Below the pieces are notes generated by a model. That model was not told the DNA's origin. It saw nothing but the letters and a program-made list of their open reading frames with translations, and ran no database searches. From sequence record OP292654.1: a stretch of DNA of 64,000 nt, one strand, 5' to 3'. Shown here piece by piece: positions 28,701-39,763 of the stretch (within the stretch, counting starts at the first letter, position 1; every line of letters begins with the position of its first letter). A program made the translations under genes and the position numbers.

Positions 28701-31700
28701 CCATCAGCATTATACTGCTCATAACCGCTATACAATTGGTTGTTTAGTGCGACAGTACTGTTTTGACGAGCGATAGCTTGCCAGATAACTACTTGTCTTG
28801 ACAAAGTTTTAACATACAATGTCCACACACCATCTGCATCAATAATACGAATTACGTCACCTTCTTGATAGTTCTTCGTGTTCGCTACATCAATGCTTGT
28901 TTCATCAGTGTATGTAGTGTTCTCGTCGTAACCAATTGCGTACCAGTCAGCAAGTGACCAATACTGAGTCATATCAAGAGAAGTTCCGAGGGATTCAATA
29001 TAGTCAGCTTGCTTGATCATTTTATGCTGACCTTCTCCACGGTTTTCAAGAGTAATGTAAACTGCTGAGCCTCCAGTACTTGGAGAGTTCATTAAACGAA
29101 TGTAATTATTTTCATCAAAATGTACAAAGTACACAGTTGTTGAATCTAACGGAGATGGTAGAGTACCATTTGAACTCACTAGTACCGCATCGTTTTCGAC
29201 GAAAGCAGCAGTTGTTGGATTAATTACAAGTTCGTTGTTATAGTTTAGTACTTTAAAACTAATAAGATTTGGATTTTCTTCTACAGTTTTTACGTTAAAC
29301 ACATCAGCCATTGTTACAGCATCAGTTGTTACGTTAATTGTTTTGTAAATTGCGTTAGCCGAATCTACGAAGGTTCTACGTGCTTCAATCACATCTCTGA
29401 ACCAGGTTTCACCAGGCAAAATACCGTTATCGTTAGTTGGGTAATTCAAATCAAGAACAGTACCGTTAGGTAGAGTTTCTTGAGATAGTAGAGAATTCCA
29501 CATAGAATCCCAAATAACAGGGTTGAAATTATAATCCATTCCTTCTTTACATAATTGATACTGTTCATGTTTAACAACTTCAGTAGCATCATTTTGATAT
29601 GTAATACTTAGAATACTTTTATCATCGGTGATTTCTTGTTGAAGTCCACTGATGATGAATGAATTTTTACTAATTGGTGCGAACCAAGGAGCATTTAACA
29701 AAGATGGATTTTGAATTGTTCTAGCCAATTCATTACATGGTTTATTACGGTTCTTAACTTTTGGAACGTATATTGCGTTTTTAACCCAAAAATAGTAAAC
29801 TGTCTTATACGCATTAGTACTTTCATCGTATTCTTGGAATACAGAGAAGAAGTCTTCAATTGCTTCACCACTTGGAATCCAAGCTGTATTATCCTTGTTT
29901 AACTTAGCCTGACGTTCACAGTACTTATCCCATTCATATGGAGGATATGGTGATGCTACCCATTCTAGAACGTTAATTTCAGAATTTGGTAGTAGTTTAC
30001 CCCAATTATAGCGTTTATAGCTATTTGTTGCTTCTTCATCAACATTACCGTTTTCATCATAGATTGGACGGGTATAATCCATAAAGAACGCATTGGTTGT
30101 GTTCCACCATACTAGACCAACTTTTTCAGAACCCCATGCTTGAACTGTTTCATCTTCGCTGTTATACTTAGCAGGGTCAACTGGACTTACATATGTAATG
30201 TCAGCCATGATACTACCAGGAATAACACCATTGATTGGATCATAAACGTTCATATACAATTCAGTAACGTTAGTTTCATCATTGTACGTAGTTGGGCGAA
30301 CAAACAAAGTACTTTCAGGTGCTTCATATGAATATTTCTCAGCAATATATGCATCTTTAGCTTCAGCAGTGCTGAAACGGTTAACATAGCGATATAGTAC
30401 TGGATTATTGTCTGCGAAGTTAATAGTATTAGTAACATTCAATGGAATTACAAAACTAGTAGGATCAGATCCAGTTGTAAAATACTGAGTTTCAGCTTTT
30501 AACAAATCTGGCATATATTCAGATTCATCAACAAAGAAGAAGTAATCGCCATCTTCCATACCATGAGCCGCACTTAGTTGTAAAGTACAGTGGTTTCCAG
30601 TAAAACTATCTTCACCAATTGGTGTGATAGAAGAAAGAGTGATTCCAGTATTTTCTAGTTCATAAATGTTCCAGTTGTTATCCATATCACGGAATACCCA
30701 TACCGAAGTAGGTGTTGTATTCGTCTTAGTGATAAAGGATAGACGGTCAGCATAAGCTGTAGTAAAATCACGAGTAGTATAAGATACTTCATCTAGTGTT
30801 ACTGGACCAATATCAGGTAAATGAATACGTTCACTCTTACCTGTACGGGTAGGGAACGCAAATGTACTATTAGGACGAGTAATCCAGCGTGAATCCACAC
30901 CTTGTGTACCATAATACACAATATTGTTCTCAGTACTATCAGTAGTTGCTAGAGGATCAAATGTAAACATTTGAGGTTCTTGTGCGAACTCATTATTGAT
31001 TAGTTGGAACTGTAAGTGTTTCTTACCGTAGATATTACCATATTCACCAATTTTAAATGCCCATTCCTGTAATGCTTTGTAATTATCAGTGTTATATGAT
31101 TTGGATACGCGAAGTACACGTTCGAACACTTGATTAGTACCTTTATCACGGATAAAGCCTTTATAAAAATCAATTTGTGATGTATCACTTGTAATCATCT
31201 GAGAAATATAATCACGAGTTTGGAACCCAATTAAGTGACGAGCAAGATTACGTAAAGTAACATTGTCTACTGGATGATCAGTATCGTAATAACTTCTGAA
31301 GTCATCAACCAATTTTTCGAAATCTGGCATAGTACCAGCTTCAAGGATAATAAATCCAGGTGCTTCTAGACGACCATTCCATGAACCTGTAACATAACCA
31401 TACATCTTAAGCATTTCATGGATTACACCATACTTAGGCATGTAAATGTTATTTCCAAAGATTGTTTTGTCATCGAAAATTACAGCATGTTCATATGAAA
31501 CAACACTAACGCGAATTAACGCCATACGCTTATCAATATCATCTTCAACGCGAACGCTGAATACGTTACCAATACGAGATGTATCAATTTCAAATGGACG
31601 AATACCAGTGTTTGTATCATCAAGAAGTGACCATACACCACCATTAAATTGTGTTACGGATTGAACTGAGCCGAAAGCTGTACCGAATTTAGCATTCTTA

Positions 31701-34700
31701 GTACTTGGAGATACAGAAATAAACTCACCTACTGCTGGATTTGTTGCACTCCATGAGATAAAGTCTTTACCGATTACTGACCAATCTTGAGTAACACCAT
31801 CAGTGTTAACATCCTCAAAAATCCAGCCTCTATCTTTCAGATATTCACCGTAACCACACAAGAAGGTATAAACTTCTTGGAAAGTCTTAAGTAGTGTTCC
31901 ATATTCATATGAACCGTACTGTTCAAGGTACTCGTTATAATGAACAACAGAACGTTTACCAACTGTTACTGATACACGACGACCAGTTTTGTTTGGTAAT
32001 TTATAATTTAGTTTAGCACCTACAAGGTCATATCCACTAATAGAGAATCCTGAACCTGTCCATTGAATCTTAACAGCACTTAGTGCTTCATCACGGAAAG
32101 CAGAACTCTTAACTAGACCGATGTGTTGGTTTTCTTGAGACACTAAACCAAATGAATCAGAACTAAATGTTAGCTGATCTTGTTTAGTATATCCACCAAT
32201 ACGATGACCGACATTAATGTAAGACGAACGAAGAATGTCACCATAGTTTGTAGTTACGTTTTTGTTTTGATATGTTAGATAATCACTTACCCATGTTTGA
32301 TAACCAAGAATACGTTGATTATTTTCACCATGTACAATGGTAGTACTGTTAAAGTTCAAACGTTTGTTTGATTCACCATACAAGAATTGTGAACCATCAC
32401 TATTAATTTCCTGTATAGTACTTCCTTTAGTATCATAGAAATAGTTAGCAAATTGACCAGGTTTAGCACGTAGTAGAGCCATAACTTTGTCATATGCGTA
32501 CATAACAGTATTCATATAAGTGAATTCCATTTCACCCATATCACCGTAAGCCCAAGGTTCACTAATATGAGATAGAGTACCACTTACTAAACCTAATACT
32601 TCAGGAGCAATTAGATTAAGTTCGAAGATTTCTTCACCATCAGAAGCAAATGTACCAGTACTAACTAGTTCAAATGGTTGTTTACCAAAACGCTTATATT
32701 GATCATACTGACCAGCACGTTTTCCATGTAGAATCGTACCAGTACTAGCATCACCTGGGCCAGAAGTTGTATCCCATAGACCACTAGGAACCAAATCACC
32801 ATGTTCATCAGTAACGTATGCTGGATAAACATAAACGTATTCAGTAGTTGCGTTACCTAGACGAACTTTAGTTGGTTCGTATTCTTGGTTAAACCAGTCA
32901 GGACGTTGTGTGAATCCGAACATTTCCCAAGGATGTGTTGCTGGGCGATATGTACCAAACATATCAGTGTAAATTGCTCTCCATGAACCACGTGCTGGAA
33001 TATTTGTTGGCTGTCCATCAACAACATAAGTTGTTCCTGTATAATTCCAAGTCATCCAGTTTGATTGATCGTAGCTATGAGTACTGTTATCAATACCCTG
33101 AGTAGCAATGAAGTTCACATATCCACGTAGTTCTAGAGAATTATATTCATCTGAAGTATACGCAGTACTTTGGAAGTACGGAGTTGGTTTCAAGAAATCA
33201 GAATCCATTGCTGGAACGAAATCAATTGCCTTAAATGTGTTATCAATGCTTGAGAAAATACGATTCTCTAGTTCATAGATAACGTCATCCATTAAATCAA
33301 CACCATTAATTACACGATATGCTTTGCTAATTACACCCATATGGTCGATATTATAACAACCAATTGTATTACCTACATGTAAGTAGGTAGCCTTTTCAGG
33401 AGTGTATGCTTTTAGAATACCTAAAAATTGTGGTGTAGGTGGAATAAACGTTTTACCAGTTGTAGTGTTAGAACCTACGTTGTCTAATGCAAATGGGAAT
33501 GTATTATCTTTACCTACGTTAATAGCAGAGAAAATCATATCCACAATGTTAGACGCACTCTCAGCCATGAATGAAGCAGGATCACTAGTATACATCTTCA
33601 TCATCTGAGTGTTAAATTTGTTTTTGAAACGGAAATATTCGTACTGAGTGAAAATAATAGCACTGAATAAGTCTAAGTTTTCATTAGCACTATGAAGCAT
33701 CAACGGTAATAGAGATGTTTCGTTTTGAATAATCTTAGTTCCAACAGAGTTGTCTACAAGACCAGCTTCTAAACGAAGTTCATAGTTGTTTAAATCATTT
33801 ACAGAACCAGTAGTAATGTTCTTACCGATAATATCCAAGAAGTGTGGAGTGTATTCACCTTGATGAATATAATCTACAAAATCATTGTATGGGTTATTTT
33901 GTAAGTTGATTGGAATTGTATATGACCCTAGATCCAAATCAGGAACCTTAGTTGGACTATAGGTAACAATTTCAATAATACTATCTTCAACAACACTTGT
34001 TGTACTGTTAAAAGTAATACTATCGACTAAACCATCAGTTGTTAACGTTGTAGTATAGTCAAAAGTTTTAGTACCGTTAAAGAAAACTTCAAGAGTTTCT
34101 TCAGTGTTTGTTGGGTCAATCTTCTGAGCAAGTTCATATGTTGTTTGATATAAATCAGACTGAATCGCTACATCAGAAATAACATTCCATTTCATGAATG
34201 TACTGTTATTTGGTTGATAATATTTGTAAGTTTTATCATTCTCAACAACATATGCATACATATTTTCTACTGGAGATTTGAATAGATTCATATCTGATAC
34301 AGTATTGAATACACGATACATTGAAGATTTAGTAACTTCAGGTACTTGGCGAACAGTTTGTTTAGATTCATTTGGACTGCGAACCCAATCTGAATGTAGA
34401 TTACGTACTAGTTCACCAGTTTCATCTTCCCCAATAACATTATAGAAGTACAATCCTGGAATCTCAGTGATAGCACCAGCTTTTGAATAAGTAAAGCGTT
34501 CAGTTTGTAGGAAGTTCTCAAAAATATAGTAATTATATTCACTCAACTCTACATGTTCTTGATAAATCTTATCCATACCATAGTTGTAGTTGATTTTAAG
34601 GCCGAATAAGCTTGAACCAGTAAATGTGCTGCTAGGATAAGCAGTACTGTTATCTAATTTAATTCCGTTTTTGTCATATAATTGGAATAATGGGAATTCA

Positions 34701-35740
34701 TTAACACCAGGTTTAGCTTGAGCTTCAACCCATGCGTTACCATTCCAATATACAGCAGTGTTTCCATATACGTTACCAGAACGCACTAAAACAACGTCAC
34801 CAAGCAATGGTTCACCAGTTGGACGTTCAGTAGTTTCTTCATCCTCGTCTAATACAAGGCCATACACACGTGTTCCGTCAGCCATTTGCTTAATGTATAC
34901 TTTATAGATACGGTTATTCTCACCAGCGTTACCAATACTAGTGAATAGAATACGATCTCCAGCTTGAAGAACATAACCATCAATACGAACGTTATTACCA
35001 ACGTTTTTTTGTACAATATCTTCTGGTTTGATAGAATCAGATAGATATGTTACATCACCGCGATAACGAGTGCCGTAATTCATTAGTTCGATGTTCTTGT
35101 TGAACTCAATAATTGGAGCTTGTGCACGACGGAAACGGGTTCCTTGTGCCATTTGTTCAGTTACGACTGTACCATCAGGTAAAGTTTGTCCAATGGTATA
35201 CCAGAAGTTCTGTAATGACCATGTGTTACCATTTAGAGCACCACGTTCCATCACGATATAGTCTGGAGAAATACCATATTCGTTTTCTGTATCCCACAAA
35301 TAGGAACTGAAGTTTTGTAATTTGTTAGGGTTAATTGGTGGAGTCCACGAGTAGTACTTCCCACTTAAGAGACGTGCTTGATTTTCAGTTAAAGCACCGT
35401 AATGTTCCAAATAACCAACTAAATCAGGGTAGAATTGGAGAGAACGAACGCTAGTATCGCTATTACGAGATACATATGCTGGACTGAATTGATAATCTTG
35501 ACGTTGTAGGTCTAATTCATTCAGGAAGATCTTTCCTGAAGCCGCAGGAGAGCCGCGATCACCGATATAACCGTCTACGATTTCTTCATCTGCTGGATTA
35601 AACCATTGTTGGATAATGTCATCACAGAACATTTGAATTTGTTCTAGACCTTGCATCCATTCTGGCAATCTTTTAATGAACAATTTTTGATTCACTGCTT
35701 CAGCTACTTTAGAAGCCTGAAATTTAAATTCGTTCGCCAT
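25721..35740 (-). CDS. Giant virion structural protein (3339 aa), probably baseplate wedge-associated
   Basis: Uninterrupted 10-kb ORF, ATG 35740 after GGAG, late promoter at 35778-35784, immediately downstream of the gp6-like gene. Confidence 0.8.
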   Translation of the reverse strand: MANEFKFQASKVAEAVNQKLFIKRLPEWMQGLEQIQMFCDDIIQQWFNPADEEIVDGYIGDRGSPAASGKIFLNELDLQRQDYQFSPAYVSRNSDTSVRSLQFYPDLVGYLEHYGALTENQARLLSGKYYSWTPPINPNKLQNFSSYLWDTENEYGISPDYIVMERGALNGNTWSLQNFWYTIGQTLPDGTVVTEQMAQGTRFRRAQAPIIEFNKNIELMNYGTRYRGDVTYLSDSIKPEDIVQKNVGNNVRIDGYVLQAGDRILFTSIGNAGENNRIYKVYIKQMADGTRVYGLVLDEDEETTERPTGEPLLGDVVLVRSGNVYGNTAVYWNGNAWVEAQAKPGVNEFPLFQLYDKNGIKLDNSTAYPSSTFTGSSLFGLKINYNYGMDKIYQEHVELSEYNYYIFENFLQTERFTYSKAGAITEIPGLYFYNVIGEDETGELVRNLHSDWVRSPNESKQTVRQVPEVTKSSMYRVFNTVSDMNLFKSPVENMYAYVVENDKTYKYYQPNNSTFMKWNVISDVAIQSDLYQTTYELAQKIDPTNTEETLEVFFNGTKTFDYTTTLTTDGLVDSITFNSTTSVVEDSIIEIVTYSPTKVPDLDLGSYTIPINLQNNPYNDFVDYIHQGEYTPHFLDIIGKNITTGSVNDLNNYELRLEAGLVDNSVGTKIIQNETSLLPLMLHSANENLDLFSAIIFTQYEYFRFKNKFNTQMMKMYTSDPASFMAESASNIVDMIFSAINVGKDNTFPFALDNVGSNTTTGKTFIPPTPQFLGILKAYTPEKATYLHVGNTIGCYNIDHMGVISKAYRVINGVDLMDDVIYELENRIFSSIDNTFKAIDFVPAMDSDFLKPTPYFQSTAYTSDEYNSLELRGYVNFIATQGIDNSTHSYDQSNWMTWNYTGTTYVVDGQPTNIPARGSWRAIYTDMFGTYRPATHPWEMFGFTQRPDWFNQEYEPTKVRLGNATTEYVYVYPAYVTDEHGDLVPSGLWDTTSGPGDASTGTILHGKRAGQYDQYKRFGKQPFELVSTGTFASDGEEIFELNLIAPEVLGLVSGTLSHISEPWAYGDMGEMEFTYMNTVMYAYDKVMALLRAKPGQFANYFYDTKGSTIQEINSDGSQFLYGESNKRLNFNSTTIVHGENNQRILGYQTWVSDYLTYQNKNVTTNYGDILRSSYINVGHRIGGYTKQDQLTFSSDSFGLVSQENQHIGLVKSSAFRDEALSAVKIQWTGSGFSISGYDLVGAKLNYKLPNKTGRRVSVTVGKRSVVHYNEYLEQYGSYEYGTLLKTFQEVYTFLCGYGEYLKDRGWIFEDVNTDGVTQDWSVIGKDFISWSATNPAVGEFISVSPSTKNAKFGTAFGSVQSVTQFNGGVWSLLDDTNTGIRPFEIDTSRIGNVFSVRVEDDIDKRMALIRVSVVSYEHAVIFDDKTIFGNNIYMPKYGVIHEMLKMYGYVTGSWNGRLEAPGFIILEAGTMPDFEKLVDDFRSYYDTDHPVDNVTLRNLARHLIGFQTRDYISQMITSDTSQIDFYKGFIRDKGTNQVFERVLRVSKSYNTDNYKALQEWAFKIGEYGNIYGKKHLQFQLINNEFAQEPQMFTFDPLATTDSTENNIVYYGTQGVDSRWITRPNSTFAFPTRTGKSERIHLPDIGPVTLDEVSYTTRDFTTAYADRLSFITKTNTTPTSVWVFRDMDNNWNIYELENTGITLSSITPIGEDSFTGNHCTLQLSAAHGMEDGDYFFFVDESEYMPDLLKAETQYFTTGSDPTSFVIPLNVTNTINFADNNPVLYRYVNRFSTAEAKDAYIAEKYSYEAPESTLFVRPTTYNDETNVTELYMNVYDPINGVIPGSIMADITYVSPVDPAKYNSEDETVQAWGSEKVGLVWWNTTNAFFMDYTRPIYDENGNVDEEATNSYKRYNWGKLLPNSEINVLEWVASPYPPYEWDKYCERQAKLNKDNTAWIPSGEAIEDFFSVFQEYDESTNAYKTVYYFWVKNAIYVPKVKNRNKPCNELARTIQNPSLLNAPWFAPISKNSFIISGLQQEITDDKSILSITYQNDATEVVKHEQYQLCKEGMDYNFNPVIWDSMWNSLLSQETLPNGTVLDLNYPTNDNGILPGETWFRDVIEARRTFVDSANAIYKTINVTTDAVTMADVFNVKTVEENPNLISFKVLNYNNELVINPTTAAFVENDAVLVSSNGTLPSPLDSTTVYFVHFDENNYIRLMNSPSTGGSAVYITLENRGEGQHKMIKQADYIESLGTSLDMTQYWSLADWYAIGYDENTTYTDETSIDVANTKNYQEGDVIRIIDADGVWTLYVKTLSRQVVIWQAIARQNSTVALNNQLYSGYEQYNADGSQTNVEINVRKALALLKNSFNTTQSRLVFDMVKYVHTEQTVVSWVFKTSYIYIVGLEQSLQQNNSTENLINQIVEYFEEVKPYRTKIRSQIEQKTSNTDEMIGISNDLDPNGYVFVNGAWVKTQSDIWDHEYAQYNSTTGKWEIVGSLPSDFTTPNRRFQESYELMVYDNFQCTPDADLDDALTLEAVNNSFMSNADDLLSTGNHYKLQRYTFTYPVIDNEAIERDVFSGISSIYTDMDLTLTLEEAIKAKLAELKDDVTASAQFESDLQNVYNSVISAEPTVKTATQYGQYNTLANRRRLYTQLNDSTISQEMNCPFKGRVLSDNLNTRLPFGYSGSNSETYGYILYSRDLYDKFVSLVLEANPTFSTDEVNNYLVYEYGLYPWMYDMENIDPTSGELNGKNYLDTLYVLTAMLNTYNPDTVDTFEIARQILTTPTIDMYCMVMIPRKLAYVKNLNTDEYLSVPMDTSLDGFMQDALIANNDVIALAELNLNDLPLDINNPLYDEIQDVLQTVNGAQYVNDANAFDSFGLESQTKNISYFASGTVNATQDPTFVNISEINPLGLDSAQLRFTVNGYGYDTSGNTQLKSIGNFQIEGHVLLNPYNTKEAIVSIPRYNEAMNYMQRNLISRNEIRYSYKVQDIINTTGTVRLVQDNDFVVGEKVMVFTPEASDFDVQMADGTWNTVLPVANIKTGTRPKIYTISSVSNDTIRLGGFTTSSTYDSESTTLMNPGRPTSITIVRITSFNDSSFVSGGVAKYSTDRSYQINILDYDLFYDRMLKSGKYTDNYSTDDYDDWYVSNEIVEVDGVEVDHGYYLPIYGKGVLSELVRTRMDDSLQIFVYEYSDINPVKSGNTWTYSGTLVDNVYISDKNAALVVAISDSVQNIEYVATPIHVESTSITNGILTSTNSGEADLIAVNNEIVSLRNNNNMLRALYGTVENNYVSGTTYTKLGVILGKEEGMEVYANHYPQIPLSTFSNGYVVSGTVIGQLLQ

Positions 35741-35792
35741 TTTATTCTCCAATAAAAATTCTTTTTCTCATTTGTTTTATTTATGACAATAT

Positions 35793-35816
35793 AAAGGGCA
35801 TCCGAAGATGCCCTTT
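35793..35816 (-). terminator. Intrinsic terminator
   Basis: aaagggcatc-cgaa-gatgcccttt. Confidence 0.75.
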
Positions 35817-35819
35817 TCA

Positions 35820-38800
35820 TTATTTGCCAATGTTAATGTTACTTTTCGCTAGAGAGTTCACAATAATAACGTTATCAACGGTAGCGGTACTTACAAACAA
35901 TTGGTCTGAAGCACTTGGTATTTCGAACAATTCACCAAACTTAGAGCTTGGATTCTGAGGAACGATAACCACTGAAGCAATTTCAGTACTCAAGTTGATA
36001 TGAATATATGTTGCTAGTTCTGTATAATAGAAACTTTCACCGAAATCCCAATTATCCACACTAAAGAATTCATTTGTTAGTGAAATAACCTTTTGTCGTA
36101 TTTCATCATCACTTAATGTACTGTTAGCAAGCTTAATAACTTTGAAATCAGCACGGTAATCCGCATCAGCAGTATCACCAAACAGTTTTAGGTATCTAGC
36201 ACTATGCCAAATCATACTATCACTTACTACTATCTTGTTTTCAACATCAGAAAACATTTCAGATAGTTCAGTGCTAGTAGGTGGTTTAGGGAATTCAGAA
36301 CCATTTGCTTGTTTCAACCAAATATCAACAGCATCTTTATATGAACTGGTCAGAACATACATATCAATCAAGTTAGTACGACTTGGGTCAATACGATTAT
36401 CATCTGGAGCATAATGTTTCCAATGATAATTAATACCAACACGAGCATCCTTCTTGATAAAATAATCAGTACTAACATCTACGTAACCGTAGTAGTCTAA
36501 TTTTACTGATTCATCAGCAGTGTCAGAACTCATATTATCAATGGCACGTTTAAATGCTTGTTCTGGTGTAATTGGATTCTGGTCAGTACTTAGTGTCATA
36601 TTAGACAAGAAGTTATTCATACGGTCATTATTATTTCCAACAGTTTGTTGTACAAAATAATCAGAACCATCTAATTCAAAACCAATAACGAATCCTGAAC
36701 CTTTATTCAAAAGAGCAGAAATATTTGTACTACGCATATTAACATTACGAAGTAATGCAGCCTTACGATAAGCAATAGTTTCTGAGTTAGCATCAGTTGT
36801 TGTATATGTCCACGTACTATCTAGTAGTGTGAAATTAGAACTAGTAGGATCAATCATATCAATCGTAAAGTCCGTATTTTCATGGAATACAAGCCATTGT
36901 TCATATTTTGTTTTATTAGTTCCAGTTAATGTTGGGACAATATTTCTGAACTGATTTGGATTTAATGGAATACCATTAGTATCACGAGATGAACTAGTGA
37001 CAATAACACGAGAACCATCAATGTAGCCATTTTCCTGATTTAAAGTTTCAATAATCTGGAACGATTCATCATCAGTATAACCATTATTATTTGTATAATT
37101 AGAGTTATAAGATAAGATTTCAATCTTGTCTGATTGTACTGTACCAGTACTAATATCGCTAATATTTTCAGTACTAACAAAGTAGAATCGAACTTTTTCT
37201 CCACCAACAAAGATGTAATTCACACCATTGCTAACAAATTCCCATGACTCTGAAGTATAGGAAATGTTTATAAGGATAGGATATTCAATGTTGTTATATT
37301 GAACTGTATCAGTAGTATATGTTCCTTCAATTGGAATCCATGTTAATGTGTTAGGATCATAAATCAGAACAAAGTCAGTCTTTTTATCCAATTCAGCAGC
37401 AATAGTTTGAACTTCAACATTTGAAAACTTAACACGGAAAGGTTTAATAAATTCCGTTGCTGATTGGTTATTTGAAATTGGCATTGATAGTACTAGATAA
37501 CCATCAGATGTAGTATCAACTACAGAAGTCCAAACATCCACGCCTGAAGCAGTTGGGAAGTTAATAATGGTTCCAATATCATAAGTTACAACTGTGCTTC
37601 CAACCATAATTCGACCATATGTATTAGACGAATAACTAGAATTAAATTCAGGTTTCCATTGTTGGTTATTACTTATAATAACCGTATTCGTTGGAAACTC
37701 TTGATACAATTGAATAACTGAGTTAGCCCCGATTAGCGGCTGAATGCTATCAATTACGATTGCTGTATTTGATTTAGCAGTTGGTAAAAGTACTGAATTA
37801 CTTGCTTGTATTGTATCTCTATAGATTGCCCCATCATCAGTGAATACATCGGTGTTTTGATACTTACCCGTTGGATCATTAATATCAATAAAGCGTGATT
37901 GACCACTATAGATACGGTTAATTGCTTTCGCTTTTAGTACAGTATTACCTAACATTAATGGTGCGATATTATAATCTTCACCATTGACGAAACGGTTCTG
38001 CGTGTAGTACAATTGTGGAGCACGTTCTTTAATCTGTTCAATCGTTTCACGTGACTGAGCAAGTGATGATTGGAACTGTAGACTAAATTGAATATCTAAA
38101 GTACTTGATTCAAATTCAGATTGTGTATTAGTACGATATGTGTACTTTACAGATTTATTCTGTATGTCAGTTGTTTTAATGGTATAAGTTTCACCATTAC
38201 TAACCCTGTACCAGAAACGATAAGAACCACGAGGAACTTGACCGGAACGTGCGTCAGGGAATTTAATTGTAATCTGATCGTTATCACGAGTTGTTACAGA
38301 GAAAATATTTTTTTGTTTACGATCTACAGAGTTATAAGAAATTGATTCGATTGCTGGAACACGTGTCCATTTAGTACGAACTAAACCATCATCTGTAATT
38401 TCTTGTACCCATACATCAATTTCATTAATGTTATTTGTATTCAAGTCCTGAACACGATTTTCAATACGTTGATCATATTCAAAATCCGTAAATGATAAAT
38501 TGCCTTGTTTAAAATAAACAAAGAAACCTGTATACGGTGAATCAAATCCATTACCATCATTTCTATAGATAATGTGTTTTTGTTCTTGTGGCTGTGGATG
38601 ACGTTCAGTTACTGTACCAGTACTTGTAATATCAGGATTAACAACTTCAAATGGTGTTGAAGTACCGTTGATATTCACAGTGAATGGAATATTAGGAGCA
38701 CTCATTGGAATTGTATTCATCTGATACAATTGGTTGGAAACACCGTTAACAGTTACTTTTTTAACTGGATCACCAAATTGGTTAGTATCAATAAGAACGC

Positions 38801-39284
38801 TGTTCATTACAAGAATGAAGTTTTCGTACCAGTTATTATCACTTGGGTCATTCCAACGTACTAGTTGGTTCTTTAAAGATTGCCCGAAGCTGTTTTTAAT
38901 ATCTTGGTTTGTTTTAACGGTCATAACTTTTGCTATGCCACGGCCTGGATATGCACGTTTTGGTGCATAAGAAATCATTTTAGCCAGTTTCAGTACTGAA
39001 GCTCTACGCTCTGCTGTATCGAGAAAGTTCTCACGGCTGTTCAAGTCCATACGAAATGCTAAGTTCTGTCCAATCAGTGCGATTGTATCCAGAATAAAAA
39101 TGAACTCGTCGTTTTCAATCCAGTCATTGAAAGAATCAGGATATGTTAGACGAAGATAATTAACCATACTTTCACGAATTGTATCAAAATCATACGCAGT
39201 CAAGTTAATTTGAGCAAATGACTCATATACTTGTTGCCAATCTTCAGCAGCATACAAATTGGATTGTCGTTTTTGTTGTGCCAT
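35820..39284 (-). CDS. Baseplate wedge protein, T4 gp6-like
   Basis: DFDTIRESMVNYLR...FNDW...LAFRMDLNSRENFLDTAERRASVLKLAKMISYAPKR and QNRFVNGEDY motifs. ATG 39284 after GAGG. Confidence 0.88.
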   Translation of the reverse strand: MAQQKRQSNLYAAEDWQQVYESFAQINLTAYDFDTIRESMVNYLRLTYPDSFNDWIENDEFIFILDTIALIGQNLAFRMDLNSRENFLDTAERRASVLKLAKMISYAPKRAYPGRGIAKVMTVKTNQDIKNSFGQSLKNQLVRWNDPSDNNWYENFILVMNSVLIDTNQFGDPVKKVTVNGVSNQLYQMNTIPMSAPNIPFTVNINGTSTPFEVVNPDITSTGTVTERHPQPQEQKHIIYRNDGNGFDSPYTGFFVYFKQGNLSFTDFEYDQRIENRVQDLNTNNINEIDVWVQEITDDGLVRTKWTRVPAIESISYNSVDRKQKNIFSVTTRDNDQITIKFPDARSGQVPRGSYRFWYRVSNGETYTIKTTDIQNKSVKYTYRTNTQSEFESSTLDIQFSLQFQSSLAQSRETIEQIKERAPQLYYTQNRFVNGEDYNIAPLMLGNTVLKAKAINRIYSGQSRFIDINDPTGKYQNTDVFTDDGAIYRDTIQASNSVLLPTAKSNTAIVIDSIQPLIGANSVIQLYQEFPTNTVIISNNQQWKPEFNSSYSSNTYGRIMVGSTVVTYDIGTIINFPTASGVDVWTSVVDTTSDGYLVLSMPISNNQSATEFIKPFRVKFSNVEVQTIAAELDKKTDFVLIYDPNTLTWIPIEGTYTTDTVQYNNIEYPILINISYTSESWEFVSNGVNYIFVGGEKVRFYFVSTENISDISTGTVQSDKIEILSYNSNYTNNNGYTDDESFQIIETLNQENGYIDGSRVIVTSSSRDTNGIPLNPNQFRNIVPTLTGTNKTKYEQWLVFHENTDFTIDMIDPTSSNFTLLDSTWTYTTTDANSETIAYRKAALLRNVNMRSTNISALLNKGSGFVIGFELDGSDYFVQQTVGNNNDRMNNFLSNMTLSTDQNPITPEQAFKRAIDNMSSDTADESVKLDYYGYVDVSTDYFIKKDARVGINYHWKHYAPDDNRIDPSRTNLIDMYVLTSSYKDAVDIWLKQANGSEFPKPPTSTELSEMFSDVENKIVVSDSMIWHSARYLKLFGDTADADYRADFKVIKLANSTLSDDEIRQKVISLTNEFFSVDNWDFGESFYYTELATYIHINLSTEIASVVIVPQNPSSKFGELFEIPSASDQLFVSTATVDNVIIVNSLAKSNINIGK

Positions 39285-39331
39285 GTTTTTATACACCTCA
39301 TATAATAATATAGAAATATTTATCCAAAAGA

Positions 39332-39354
39332 AAAGGCATCCAGAGGATGCCTTT
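39332..39354 (-). terminator. Intrinsic terminator
   Basis: aaaggcatcc-aga-ggatgccttt. Late promoter for the gp6-like gene at 39317-39323. Confidence 0.7.
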
Positions 39355-39363
39355 AAACTTTAT

Positions 39364-39753
39364 TTAAGCGGCGTTAACAAACGCCATTCTTTGTTGTGAT
39401 CTGTTATCAAATACTAACTCTAAATCTTCTACTTCTTCTAATTGAACGTAATAGAGAGATAAGTCAATACGATAACCATATTCTACACTTGATACGGTTA
39501 CAGATAGCAATTGTAAACGAGGATCAAGTGCTACGATACGACGAACGTCAGCTTCTAGAAGTTGTGAGTTCCCAGGTCTGTCGATTTCGAAAAGCAAGTC
39601 CCAACCAATAAAACCGTACTCAACATCCATTACACGTTCACCCTTGCGAGTGTTAAAGTGATTTAGTAAGTCTTGACGAACAATGTCAATATCGTATAGT
39701 ACTTCCGTCTTCCCCACAACTGGAGAAGCAAAGCCTTTGAATATAACTGCCAT
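39364..39753 (-). CDS. Baseplate wedge subunit, T4 gp25-like
   Basis: DIDIVRQDLLNHFNTRKGERVMDVEYG...LLFE...DPR motif. Confidence 0.9.
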   Translation of the reverse strand: MAVIFKGFASPVVGKTEVLYDIDIVRQDLLNHFNTRKGERVMDVEYGFIGWDLLFEIDRPGNSQLLEADVRRIVALDPRLQLLSVTVSSVEYGYRIDLSLYYVQLEEVEDLELVFDNRSQQRMAFVNAA

Positions 39754-39763
39754 CTGTTATTCC

